Assembly: GCF_006345805.1 (NCBI RefSeq) | Contig: NW_021828069.1 | Span: 1-35,642 of the forward strand | DNA length: 35,642 nt | Direction: 5' to 3' | DNA from: Octopus sinensis | Taxonomy: Eukaryota | Shown: positions 9,845-21,995 of the stretch, in pieces | Position numbering within the stretch: the first letter of the stretch is position 1 | Layout: each line of letters starts with the position of its first letter | The notes under the pieces: model-generated | What the model saw: only the letters and a program-made list of their open reading frames with translations | What the model was told of the DNA's origin: nothing | The model's database searches: none | Program-made: the position numbers and the translations under genes

Positions 9845-10730
9845 CAGGGTGTTCCAGAAGTCTTGGGCACATTCTGACATTGAATATCTCGAAAACTATT
9901 AAGGACATAAAAATGCATCTGATATATTCTGAAAGCCTGCAATTTCAAGTTTTTTTATGGAATGTTCAAAGATGTTCAATGTGAGCACCGTTGGTCCCAT
10001 GGCACACATCAAGCCGATAGTTCAATTCTTGCCAAACGCGTTGCAACATTGCGTTGTCGATGGTTGCAACATCTTTCGTTATTCAGGCCTTCAGTTCATC
10101 CACGTCTTTTGGAAGGGGAAGCACATAGACCAATCCTTTCACAAACCCCCACAAAAAGAAATCGCAGGGTGTGAGATCTGGAGACCTGGGAGGCCAGGGC
10201 ATGAGAACGAGATCGTCTCGCCCAGACCGTCCAATCCATCTGTCTGGCAGTGTTTTGTTCAGATAATGTCAAACCTTGAGGGCCCCAGTGAGGTGGCGCC
10301 CCATCCTGTTGGAAAATGAAGTCCCTGCTGGCTCTTCTGATCGATTTACGGGGGTTCCGCTCGAAGGTAGTTCGAACTCGCTCAACCGTATCATCTGAAG
10401 TTGAGGGACATCCCGTTCTCTTAGCTTGGTGCAAACACCAATCCTTCATGAATTTACACCATGCCATCTCAATATGGACTTCCTTTCTGGTGACTCTTTT
10501 CGGAATTTTGTGCGAAATGCACGTTGAACATGATTCAGTTTTGCAAATTCAAGGACGTAAAACGCCTTTTCTGGTTGAGTGAACACCATTACTGGATCTG
10601 AAAAATCATTATCATTACGAAAAAGCTTAATGAATTTAGCTTTAAAATGGTACCAATTTCATCTTACTACCAATCATAGTTCAGCAGATATGAGGACTTG
10701 AAATGTGCCCGAGACTTCTGAAACACCCTG
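9845..10730 (-). mobile_element. Internally deleted Tc1/mariner transposon, rosa/DD41D-like
   Basis: ~28-bp terminal inverted repeats (TIRs) CAGGGTGTTYCAGAAGTCTYGGGCACATT with TA TSDs. Minus-strand remnants: RNPRKSIRRASR fused to FIFQQDGAPPHW, then RWIGR...WPPRSPDLTPCDFFLWG...GAHIEHL. Confidence 0.9.
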
Positions 10731-11157
10731 TATATGCTTATAAATCATATACCCGTATGTTCACTTTATATACTTGCTTATCTCATAGTTATGCATAACA
10801 TACATCTCTCTTTCTCTCTCTTACTCTCTCTCTCTCTCTTTCTGTCTCTATCTATATATATAAATTTATATCTTCAGTTATTTTATAGATGGATGGCTGT
10901 ATATCTATCTATCTATATACATATATACATATATATATACGTGCGTGTATGTATACATATACACACTCTATATGTAAGCATGTGAGTGTATATGTATATA
11001 TATATTACATTCGCTTGGGCAGGGCCTCGATTCGAACATCTAGACTTGAGGTCAGTTCTGTAGTTATTGCAGCTAACGATATTTACACACACATAAACAC
11101 ACTAACATATATATTTACATACATAGATACATATATATATAATATATATATATAATA

Positions 11158-11199
<42 letters not shown>

Positions 11200-11306
11200 T
11201 TATGGATATGTAAGGGAAGACATCGACAGACAGACATACAGATAGATAGATAGATAATAACATCCATCTATCTATAAAATAACAGAATGTATATATATAT
11301 GTATGC

Positions 11307-11339
<33 letters not shown>

Positions 11340-11954
11340 TGTATGTATGTATGTATGTATGTATATTCAGTTATTTTATATACATTCAGCTAATATATTA
11401 AATTATTAAACTGCAATCTGGATTCCTACCAAGTTTTCCTTGCTCAAAACGGTTTATACTATACCAAAATAGAATTTTTTAAAATTCTTTCTATTTCATT
11501 CATTCTCTCTCCCCTTCTCTCTTTCTTTCTCTCTTTCACTCTATCTGTCCATCTCTCTCTCTCTTTATTAGTCTATCTACCTGCCAATGTATGTATCTAT
11601 ATATCTGTCTGTTTATCTGTCTGCCTGTCTTTATTTCTAGTTCTGTTATATCAGCTGCCAAATTTCTATTTATCACTCATTCTTCGCTAACTCTTTCCCT
11701 TTCTCCATCACTCTCTACATTTTCTCCTTCCTGGCCATCTCTTTCTCTCTCTCTCCCTCACACGTACACACACACCCACACACTCACATAAATATATTAT
11801 GCATGTACACATAAACACACACACACACACACTACATAGACACAAAACACAATGCTATTTTCTCCTAAGCTATGTCTTCATACTCCGTTACTTATAACAC
11901 ATTTATTCTTCTTCAAGGAAATCATCAATAATCTTCTGAAACTGCAGGTAATTA

Positions 11955-12138
11955 ATCATCATCATTATCACATTTTATAGCACTATCATCATCATTGTAA
12001 TCGTCATCATCATCATCATCATCTTCATCATCATCATCATCATTATCATTATCGTCGTCGTTGTCTTCATCATCATCATCATCTTCATTGTCTTCGTTGT
12101 TGCCATCATTATCATCATTATCATCGTCATCATCATCC

Positions 12139-12172
<34 letters not shown>

Positions 12173-12385
12173 TATTATTATCATGATCATCATCACCATT
12201 ATCATCCTTATCATCATTATCATCATTATCATCGTCATCATCATCCTCATCATCATCATCATCATCATCTTCATTGTCTTCGTTGTTGCCATCATCATCA
12301 TCATCATCATCGGCATCACCAGTATTATCACCGCCACCATTACCACTATCTTCTTCATTAACATCATCATCATCATCATCATCAT
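11955..12385. repeat. (CAT)n array with internal block duplications
   Basis: ATCTTCATTGTCTTCGTTGTTGCCATC appears at ~12081 and ~12266. Confidence 0.95.
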
Positions 12386-13160
12386 GCTGGTATAGGTTGT
12401 CATGGATTCAGTCAGTTCTCATTTGAAATTACCACCATCTTAGAAATGCCAGAGGATCAAATCTTCCTTGTATGTCACATGTTGGGTGTAATTTCTACAG
12501 TACCATCACCATCATCAGCAGCACCATCACCACCACCACCACCACCACCATTACATCGTCATCATCTTCATTACCATTATCATTATCACTGTCATCGTAA
12601 ACATCATAATCATCATCATCAATAATATCACCCTCGTTGTGATGATACTCATCATCATCATCATCGTCATATCAGGCAACTCCATTTTTCGCTCACATCA
12701 TTATTCTGGGGCCAACGCTTCAGCATCTCGACCTCCTGAAAATAACTACCAAATCTCCCTGAAATCGCATATTCCACCGTGTTGCACGAGGAAACGTCGT
12801 ATATTGCTGTTCTCGGTTGCCAGCTCAAATAAAAACGACGTGGTAACCACTGAATGGAATGGAAGATATTTTAATCGTAAGATTGATCAGTAAATTTTGA
12901 CCTGGGGCTAAAATATAAGATTATAAAAAAAAAAAAAACAGTATCAGCACAATCGTTAACCGTTTTCTTTTATCTTCCCAAAACGCCATAGTCAGCCATC
13001 ATTATCATAATCGTCATCACTACTGTTTTCATTACTCATGCTAACTTCGTTGTCGTCATCATTGTTCTTTGTAGTCTTTTAATACCAATCATGATCATCA
13101 CCATCATCATCATCATTATTATCATCACCATCATCATCATCATATTCTTCAACATTTATA

Positions 13161-13336
13161 GGCGCAGGAGTGGATGTGTGGTAAGTAGCTCGCATACCAA
13201 CCACGTGGTTCCGGGTTCAGTCTCACTACGTGGCACCTTGGGCAAGTGTCTTCTACTATAGCCTCGAGCCGACCACAGCCTTGTGAGTGGATTTGGTAGA
13301 CGGAAACTGAAAAGAAGCCCGTCGTATATATATATA

Positions 13337-13390
<54 letters not shown>

Positions 13391-13486
13391 CATATATATA
13401 TATACAAAATCAGTGTTTCGATTGTTAATATCCGCAAGGATAAACTGCAATCTCGTCAGCATGGTCTGTCATATAGAAATACAATC

Positions 13487-13517
<31 letters not shown>

Positions 13518-13747
13518 TGTGTGTGTGTATGTGTGTTTGTCGTCCCCCCACCCACCCACGACATCGCTTGACAACCGATGCTGATGTGTTTACGTCCCCG
13601 TAACTTAGCGGTTCGGCAAAAGAAAAACGATAGAATAAGTACTAGTCTTACAAAGAATAAGTCCTGGGGTCGATTCACTCGACTAAAGGCGGTGCTCCAG
13701 CATGGCCGCAGTCAAATGACTGAAACAAATAAAAGAGTAAAAGAGTA
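13161..13747 (+). mobile_element. SINE family B, full length, with expanded internal (TA)n and CR1-like tail
   Basis: tRNA-like head GGCGCAGGAGTGG...GGTTCAGTC, CORE-like GTGGCACCTTGGGCAAGTGTCTT, and 3' end GGCGGTGCTCCAGCATGGCC...AAAAGAGTAAAAGAGTA. Colinear with 24621-25043. Confidence 0.9.
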
Positions 13748-14529
13748 TTGATATAGTAATCATCATCATTACTATCATCATTATAACCATCACCATCATT
13801 ACAGTCGTCATCATCGCAGTCATCATCTTCATCATTCATTACCATCATCACAACCTTCGGTGTCGTCATCATCTTATGTCATCATCGTAATCGCCAAGAC
13901 ATTCATCACTGTCTTCCGCATCATTGTCTTTCTTTCTTTTTATCCCTTTTATTTTTTCCTTTTTTTCCCTTCCATTGTTTTGTTTATTTGTTTTTTTCTT
14001 CTTACTTCCCAAACACTCTTTCATCGTTTTCTTTATTCCTTTAACACTTTCAATTTCTAATCAGTTCCATCATCGCATTTTCCTTACATTTGCTCGAGAC
14101 TGACACTTCACACCTTTTTATCTATTTTATATTCCAACAAAGAAAGATGGAGATTTTATTTATTTTTACTATGATCTTCCTAAACTCTAACTGCATTTAA
14201 ACAAGAAACCAAAAGTGAGTAATTTATAGTATTGTTGCCAAGGCTGTTACAGAATAAAATGCTAATATCTAGGCTTTAATGAATCGAACATGTGAAAATA
14301 ACTTAGTGACCTTCATGCTTTGCCAGAAGCATTAGAGATACAATAGGAGTAGGACCCTGCTTCAGTTGAGGATTCAAATACAGACAAAGTTTACACGCGA
14401 GCGACTATGCCTTGCTAACGTGCACCATGGTTTTTTGTTGTTTGTTTTTGGTTCCTTACGTAGTTCCGAGCAGACATAGATACCCGCACAGCTCTGCGTT
14501 ACAGCATGAAGGAGAAAGAGCGGCACAGG

Positions 14530-14682
14530 CACCCGGTTGTTGCCATAAGAGCCGTGCAGACTGGAAGAACGCGTAATAAGGTGCTTTGCTCAAGGATGCA
14601 ACACGCAACCCGGTCCAGTAATTGAACGCGCGACTTTGTGATCGGAAACTGAACCACTCTAAAACTAGACACATGTTTTCAT
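14530..14682 (-). mobile_element. Degenerate SINE family C 5' half
   Basis: TTGCTCAAGGATGCAACAC...CCCGGTCC aligns with ~9355-9480. Confidence 0.6.
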
Positions 14683-14726
14683 CAAACACTGAAATCACAT
14701 AATGTCTTCGCTCCGCCATAATTTTA

Positions 14727-14860
14727 CCTCTCTCTCTCTCTCTCTCTCTCACTCTCTCTTTCTTTCTCTCTCTTTCTCTCACTCACTCTTTCTCTCTCTC
14801 TATCTCTCTCTCTTTCTCTCTCTCTCCCTCTCTCTCCCTCTCCCCCCCTCTCTCTCTCCA
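14727..14860. repeat. (CT)n microsatellite
   Basis: Direct observation. Confidence 0.95.
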
Positions 14861-15352
14861 GATCTCACAACAAATATACAAGAAAGACATGAATTCTATC
14901 TCTGAACATTTAACTGCTCTAAGCTTTCTAACAAACGTAAAATGACGTACCGTGAAATAATCTGCTAGAATGAACAGCTAAGTCTTCCTCACACCAAACC
15001 TTACAGTCTTAAGATGAAAGAAAGAAAAACCTTGATAGTGTACCCCGAGAATAAATTATACCCACTTCTCTAAAAATGGTGAGAAAATGTCTTGTATGAA
15101 AATTCGTTCCTGCAGCTCTGTGTTCGAATCATTATAACGAAAAACTTGTCTTTCATCCTTTGAGAAATCGATAGAATAGCACTAAAATGGAGCCCAATAA
15201 ATCAATTGAACGCAATGATACCCTATTATTAAAGAAGAAAAATGGTGGACCTTCTACGAGGTTCAAAATCAATCGAAAACCACAAATTTATCGCTGAGAG
15301 GGTTTAAGAATGATTGAGCTGCTACCTGGGCATGAGTGGTATATCTTTCAAA

Positions 15353-15575
15353 AGGCGGCGAATCTTTAGCACGCCGGGCGAAATGCTTACCGATATTTCG
15401 TCTGCCGTTACGTTCTGAGTTCAATTTCCGCCGAGGTCAACTTTGCCTTTCCTCCTTTCGGGGTCGATAAATTAAGTACCAGTTACGCACTGGGGTCGAT
15501 ATAATCGACTTAATCCGTGTGTCTGTCCTTGTTTGTCCTCTCTGTGTTTAGCCCCTTGTGGGTAGTAAAGAAACA
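15353..15575 (+). mobile_element. SINE family A monomer with probable TSD
   Basis: Matches 29197-29412; GGTATATCTTTCA (15338-15350) versus GGTTTATCTTTCA (15576-15588). Confidence 0.9.
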
Positions 15576-15749
15576 GGTTTATCTTTCATTGGTTCCCAAC
15601 AGACCAAACTGGAAGTTTGATTATGGTTGGACAATAAAGTAAAGCGTTAAGGGGCGGAACTGGGTATAACATTTTACATCTGTCGCCATATTTGTTTCTA
15701 GGTTTAAAATGAGGACAACAATTTTAGTTGGGGTTGTTGGTGGGTGGCT

Positions 15750-15853
15750 AGTTGGTTAGATCAATATCAGTACTTTGGTTGCACTTTATATTATCGATTC
15801 TGAAAGGATGAAATTCAAAGATGGTCGCCGCGGGATTTGAACACAGAACGTAA
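15750..15853 (-). mobile_element. Degenerate SINE family A fragment
   Basis: TTATCGATTCTGAAAGGATGAAA...GGATTTGAACACAGAACGTAA. Confidence 0.7.
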
Positions 15854-16039
15854 ATTCATAAACACATACGTCTACAGATAAATGTGTATGTATGCGTGTG
15901 TGTATTTATGCTTTTTGTGTATTTGTGGGTACGACTGTGTGAGTACGGGTAATCTTCAATACATACAATGATATACACACAATATACCCCAAGAATATGA
16001 TTTTTATCAAAGTGATATCAACACATACATAATATCAAT

Positions 16040-16249
16040 ATATATGTGTACGTGTGAGTATTTATGTATGTATACATGCATGTATGTATACATGCATGTA
16101 TGTATGTATATGTTGATATTTGTATGTATGTATATGTTGATATCATTTGTATATGTATATACATACATGCGTAAATGTGTGTATGTATATGTGTAAGTAT
16201 GTATATGTTGATATCATTTGTATATGTATATACATACATACATGCGTAA

Positions 16250-16300
<51 letters not shown>
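16040..16300. repeat. (TG/TATG) tract with ~70-bp tandem duplication
   Basis: TATGTTGATATCATTTGTATATGTATATACATACAT appears at ~16133 and ~16204. Confidence 0.85.
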
Positions 16301-16301
<1 letters not shown>

Positions 16302-16799
16302 AACAAAGGCACATATGTGCTCTTCGTATGTGTATGTCCACGTTTGGGTGTATTGTTTTCACGAGATATTGTGTATGGACAGGCGCTTCAACAGGAGGCT
16401 TGTTTCACTTAAGTACGTATATATTTATTCCCGATGATGAATGAGACTTAGATGGTGGATGGTATATATCTAATTCACATGAACATTTTTTTTTGTGGGA
16501 ATATTTTAAGTTTTTCTCTGTTGTTCTTGTTACTTTTTTATTTTATCTTTCTTTTATTTCTTTACATTCTTTGAATGAAATATATAAGGGAATGTTATGT
16601 ATATAAAGGTCTTTTCCTATGAATATTAAAATATGCATTCTATGAAACGCATACTTATTTCGAATCGACAGCAGCTTTGATCTGGTAGCTTAAAAAAAAC
16701 ACAAGAACAAAATGATTGCTGTATTAATAATACGTTAATAACAACAACGACAACAACGACGACGATGATGACGATGACCATAACAACCAGTTCTAATTT

Positions 16800-16968
16800 A
16801 GGAACAGAGCCAGAAGTTTTTGAGAAGAAGGGGTTAATCGATATCATCGACCCCCGTGCGTGATTGCTAAATAACTTTGTTGATAAGGTAAGGATGAAAA
16901 GCAAAGTTGACCTCGACAGGATTTGAACTTAAAATGTAAAGGTCCGAGGAAAATATCACAAGACATTT
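16800..16968 (-). mobile_element. Degenerate SINE family A fragment
   Basis: ATCGACCCC...AAGGATGAAAAGCAAAGTTGACCTCG...ATTTGAACT. Confidence 0.7.
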
Positions 16969-17006
16969 ACTGTCAATAATAATATACTGTCAATAGTAAT
17001 AATAAT

Positions 17007-17385
17007 GGTTTCTTTTATTGGCCACAAGGGGCCAAACCGTGAAGGACAATATCGAAGGACGAGTTACTGCGCACACAAAAAAAAAATTACAAAAACATGT
17101 GGGGTTAACATCAATCCAGGGGAGCTACTACCACATTAAAGGCTATAACAGGGGATATATAATAGAAAGTTGAGAAATAGATAATAAATAAATAGAATCC
17201 GCAAAAGCGGGACAGTCCATTTAGGGTAATCCAGGGTAGACCCCACACAAAAATCCTGGATTATTCTACCATCTCTAAGGCATGGGTAAGTACCCTCTTC
17301 CAGTTTCTTTCCTCCTGCTTGGAAAAGCATATTCAGAGTAGATCCATTCAGTCTCACCAGTCTTGTCACTGTCAACCATCTTTTG
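17007..17385 (-). mobile_element. 3' end of Tx1/L1-clade LINE
   Basis: Reads KRWLTVTRLVRLNGSTLNMLF, homologous to the C-terminus at ~19010-18953. Ends TTTGGCCCCTTGTGGCCAATAAAAGAAACC plus (ATT)n. Confidence 0.65.
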
Positions 17386-18612
17386 ATACGAATCTAAATG
17401 GCTGCTATAAGATTAGAGCGATTAACACGTGGGCGGTTGCTTTGATGAGATATGGGGCAAGGATACTATCTTGGAAGAAGCATGAATTACAAGAGATAGA
17501 CCGGAGAACATGTAAATTAATGACAATGAACAAGGAACAACACTCCAAGTGTGATGTGTCAAGATTGTATGTAAATAGGAAGGAAGGAGGACGGGGATTG
17601 GTGTGTTGTGAAGGTTGTGTATGGGAAGAGGAGAATAGCCTGGCTTGGTATGTCAAGGGTAGTTAAGAAATAATAATTGAAGCATTGGAAATGCATGGAA
17701 CCTTAAAAGTGAACAAAGCCGTAGATCCAGTACAATTTAAGAATGACAAGAGAGAGAGAGAGCAGATGGACAAAATTTGGCAGGACAAGAAAATGCATTG
17801 TCAGTTCTTGAAAAATAAAGATGAGATTGACTGGAATGAAACTGGTAATGGCTGCACAAAAGAGACTTAAAAAGGTCCACTGAGGTATTAGTGTGCAGCG
17901 CCCAAGAACAAGTTCTCAAAACAAACTACTACAAATATCACATTGATAAAAGCACTGACTCGCCACAGTGTAGAATGTGCTCTGAGAAGGGAGAAAGTAT
18001 AAGCCATATTATGAGTGCTGTAAGCTCGCACAACGCGAATGCAAAAGGAGACACAACAATGTGGCCAGATATGTCCACGGGCTGTTGTGCAGTAAAGCAA
18101 ACCTCGAGTGAGCCGAACAATGGCATGAACACAAGCCAAAGGGAACAATGGAAAACGAACTTTACAAAATACTCAGGGGTTTTAACGTGCAGTGCGACCA
18201 AGTCATAGAGTCGAGACGACCAGATATCGTGCTTATATATGAAGATCAAAAAGAAGTAAAGATAATTGATGTTGCAATACCAGACAATTCGAGGGTGAGA
18301 TGTAAGAAAACAGAAAAGATTGAGAAATACTATCCACTGCGGGACGAGATAGGAATGTTATGGGGCACGAGGAAAGTAATGGTGATACCGGTGGTAATTG
18401 GAGCATTAGGAGCAGTTTCCAAGGGCTTTGAAAAGCATATTAAGAATATTGGAGCTTCTGTCAGCATTGTTGGGTACAGCTCGTATTCTATGGAGAATAT
18501 TGTCTCTTTGAGTCACAGGAGAAGGCACTACTTGAAACCTTTGGTGATTTGTTATTGCCTGTTTTCGAGTAAAGAATAACCGGTAATTAAAAAGTATCCG
18601 AGTGTCTTTCAG
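17386..18612 (+). mobile_element. 5'-truncated, decayed R4/Dong-type retrotransposon (second family)
   Basis: AINTWAVALMRY...RLYVNRKEGGRGL; AQEQVLKTNY...CRMCSEKGESISHIMS (zinc knuckle); RRPDIVL...IIDVAIP...KIEKY...IPVVIGALG (REL). Ends in (AAC)/(AAT)n. Confidence 0.9.
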
Positions 18613-18720
18613 AATAACAACAACGACAACAACAACAGTAATAATAATAATAATAATAATAATAATAGTAGTAGTAGTAGTAGTAGTAGTAGTTGTAATA
18701 ATAATAATAATAATAATTTA

Positions 18721-19310
18721 TTTATTGGTCACTAGGGCCAAACACAAAACATACGAGACGGTGCACAGACGAGGGTCAGTCAGCTTAAATGTGTAAACAG
18801 CAACCTCACACAACGCTTAAGAGATTAAACCAACAATGTTTCCCCAGTAGGGGAAGTTCCACCATAAGGGACTAAAGATCCCTCGTGGATTTTGAACCCC
18901 GTAGCACCAAAACTCCTCAAGGGAGCACCCTCTCCTCTCCCTTCCATCCGGCCTATAGGTGCACACTTAGAGTAGGCCCGTTCAGGCAGGCCATTCACCC
19001 ACATTTCAACGAACTTACTCGGTGACAGTATCTCCCTCTCCAGCCTCAATTTCCTTTCCAGGTGGAATCTGATAAAGTAAATGAGACATTGGCCAAAGAG
19101 GAAGGTACCCGATTTCAACACTTCCAATCGCGTCCATCACGCCACCTCTATTGCCATAGCCACCAGACAGAGACAAATTGCCCTCTCTTCCCAGCCGAAG
19201 GAAGGAGGCGGGGCGACCTTCACAATGGACTCTGAAAGTAGTCCTACACGTGACAATAGCAGTTTAACAAAGCTCCACTAGTCGGTAATGCTGTACGAGA
19301 GCATGCAGTA
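18721..19310 (-). mobile_element. Tx1/L1-clade LINE 3' fragment (ORF2 C-terminal region plus 3' UTR)
   Basis: LHALVQ...WSFVKLLLSRVG...LCLVAMAIEVA*WTRL...FHLERKLRLERE...MWVN...LNGPTLSVHL* (stop 18955-18953), resembling the post-zinc-finger tail of Tx1 ORF2. Ends GTGACCAATAAA plus (ATT)n. Confidence 0.7.
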
Positions 19311-19399
19311 ATAAATCCGTAAACAGTGTCAAAATACTTTTAAATATACATAACAGAAAACACCTTTAACTGTCATAACATCAGACTATCAGGTTATAA

Positions 19400-19572
19400 A
19401 ATTACTTTTAAAACAAACTTCTAATTTACTTATGTTTTAACAGACACTCTCAAGAACAATACTCTGTGCAAAACCAGTCATAACACCAACTTTAACTTCT
19501 AACTTGTCTCTTGAGGTCTCTGGGTGAAACTTGGGGTCAACTTGTACAAATACAAAGCAAAAGCTAAACATA
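19400..19572 (+). mobile_element. 3' UTR fragment of the first Dong-type family
   Basis: CTTCTAAC...TGTCTCTTGAGGTCTCTGGGTGA...TTGTACA...AAAGCAAAAG matches 5761-5840; followed by (AAT)/(AAC)n. Confidence 0.85.
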
Positions 19573-19654
19573 ATAAAAATGATGATGATAATAACAATAA
19601 CAATAATAATAATAATAATAATAACAACAACAACAACAACAACAAAACAACAAC

Positions 19655-19691
<37 letters not shown>

Positions 19692-19720
19692 TAATATAAT
19701 AATAATGATAGTAATAATAT

Positions 19721-20249
19721 TACGCTCTCATGGCATCTGATCTTAACTGATTGGAAGTGTTATGTACATATTTTGTCTTGGTATAAAAGATGGGCTACAT
19801 CAAATATTCTGCTCAATATCACAGATTTGCTTGTTAGTTGTTTGAAGTTAACCAGTTGAGCATGTCCCTTAGTGGCTAAAGATATGTGCATCTCTGATCA
19901 CAAGCAGAAGTAGTAGGGGAGCATCATAGCCATGTGTTGAGAGAGATTCTTTGAGGTTTGAATAAATCATCTTTGGAAAGATGGGTGTTTCGTTCAACAT
20001 CTTTAAACAATCTTTATTCAGGGACCTTTTGAGCGGGATGAGCTACTCGACCAGAAGAAAATTGTAACTGGGTCCCACCTGCAACGTCATGCGCTGTTTA
20101 TCTTGATATGAGATCACCAAGTCGCGCAAATATGGTTGTGATGCATGTGCCTGGTGTACCCTTATCAGAAGGGTAGTCATGATGGGTATACTGGGCTTCG
20201 TATATTTTACCGCTGTGTCACTTTGATGGCATGCACAGCTCTCTCACTC
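19721..20249 (+). mobile_element. Unclassified (AAT)n-tailed interspersed repeat, copy 2
   Basis: Matches 1-471; embedded in (AAT)n on both sides. Confidence 0.8.
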
Positions 20250-20411
<162 letters not shown>

Positions 20412-20769
20412 AAGGACGTGGCTATTAAAAACCAAAACCATCCCTTTTTTTTAATGTGCTCTGGGAATGATCAAGAAAGGTTTGCGTTATCAAAGTTTTA
20501 CTGGAAATCCATCACTGCCACTACCACATTCAGTCTTTATTAATGAGATGACAAAATGGCATTTGCATCTGTCTTATTCTTCTTTGATCGCCGTGGTACA
20601 AGGTTAATTCGAAAATTATTTAATCATTTTAATTTTGTTCAACGTAGCAATTTGCCCGCCCCCTTTTTTTTTTCAATCTTCAATGGTAATACTGGTTCAT
20701 CCTGCTACTTAGAAGAAACATTGATTCAGTAATCAAAGGCTCAGCCACTGATCAGTCAGCAAGAGAGCA

Positions 20770-21190
20770 TAACTCGGAAATGCTAGCTTCATTGATGGTT
20801 ACCACATCTATATCCAGTGGTCGTTCACGCTTCTACAACTCCACACCACGTGCTTTTATACATCCTATTTGTAACTGTGACATGTTAGCAAGCAAAAATG
20901 TGCAAAAATTCACCTAAAAAAATCTACCTAGACTTATTTTATCCAAGGAATACCAATGTCCCTCCCGCCAAACACCTTCAACATAGAGTTTTGCTTAAGC
21001 TCTATGAGATCCTTATATGAGAAACCTACTTAGCATTAGTAAACTTCGGGTATCACTTGTATCAATAGTCTGATTGGTTTTGTCATCCTGAGAAATTCAT
21101 TTACATCTCACTCCATCGGTTATTATATCTTTGTTCTTGCGTACAAATTTCATTAACTCACTGTTGTCCTTCCAAGAAACAGTAAAATTG
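20770..21190 (-). pseudogene. Old LINE remnant spanning a probable ORF1/ORF2 junction (APE endonuclease N-terminus, Tx1/L1-like)
   Basis: From ~20883 reads MSQLQIGCIKARGV, then LDIDVVTINE, resembling the APE motifs (I.S.N.RGL ... D....QE). Upstream broken frames are coding-like. Confidence 0.45.
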
Positions 21191-21434
21191 CAGTGATTTA
21201 GTGCTGACATTATTGTTGTTGTGGAAGTTGTGGAAGTTGTGGAAGTTGTCGCTGCTCTCCTTATTGCTGCTGCTGCTGCTGCTGCTGTTGCTGTTTTATT
21301 TATTTATTCATTCATTCATTCTTTGTATCTCCGACTGTTGTTCTAGATGCAGCTGCGTTATCATCTCTTCTCATGTCGCTGTTGTTGATGCAGATCTTCT
21401 TCGCTATGTTGTCCCTTCTCTCAGTGCTGCTGCC

Positions 21435-21995
21435 GATGATGATGATGATGATGATGGGGAGGAGAAGGAGGAGGAGGAACAACAGGGGTGGGAGCAACAG
21501 GAGGAGGAACAGGAGGAACAGTAAGTGTAGGAGCAACAGGAGGAGGAGCAGGAGAAACAGCAGGAGGAAGAGCTGAAGGAGCCGGATGAGGAGAAGCAGG
21601 AAAAGGAGGAGCAAGAGCAAGAGCAGGTGCAGCAGGAGAAGGAGGAAGGGCAGGAGGAGAAAGAGGTAGAACAAGAGCGGAGCAGGAGCAGGAAGGCAGG
21701 GACAGGAGGAGGAGCAGGAGGAGCAAGAGCACAGGAGTAGGTGGGGCAGGAGGGGCAAGAGGAGCTGGAGGGGTAGGAGGGCAGGAGCAGGTGGGGCACG
21801 AGGGGCACGAGGAGCAGGAGGGGCAGGAGTGGCACGAGGAGCAGGAGGGGCAGGAGAGGCAGGAGGGGCAGGAGAAGCAGGATGAGCAGGAGCATGAGGA
21901 GCATGAAGAGCAGGAGGAGTGTGAGTAGGAGCAGAAGGAAGACCAGGAGGATGAGCAGAAAGAGGAGCAGGAGACGGAGCGAGAGGAGGAGGATG
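21435..21995. repeat. Purine-rich (GAG/CAG) degenerate triplet array
   Basis: Direct observation; interrupted by stops in the E/Q reading frame. Confidence 0.9.

Noticed and set aside
11010-11075. Isolated B-box-like GTTCGAATC on the minus strand
   Set aside because: No convincing A box or cloverleaf; at most a decayed SINE head.
12639-12893. 84-aa ORF in a non-microsatellite island
   Set aside because: No recognisable motif; it starts within (CAT)n and part of it resembles decayed repeat fragments such as ~14965-15010.
20470-20545. Possible RT motif remnant (VVVAVMDFQ...FD) on the minus strand
   Set aside because: Too short and broken to support without a profile search.
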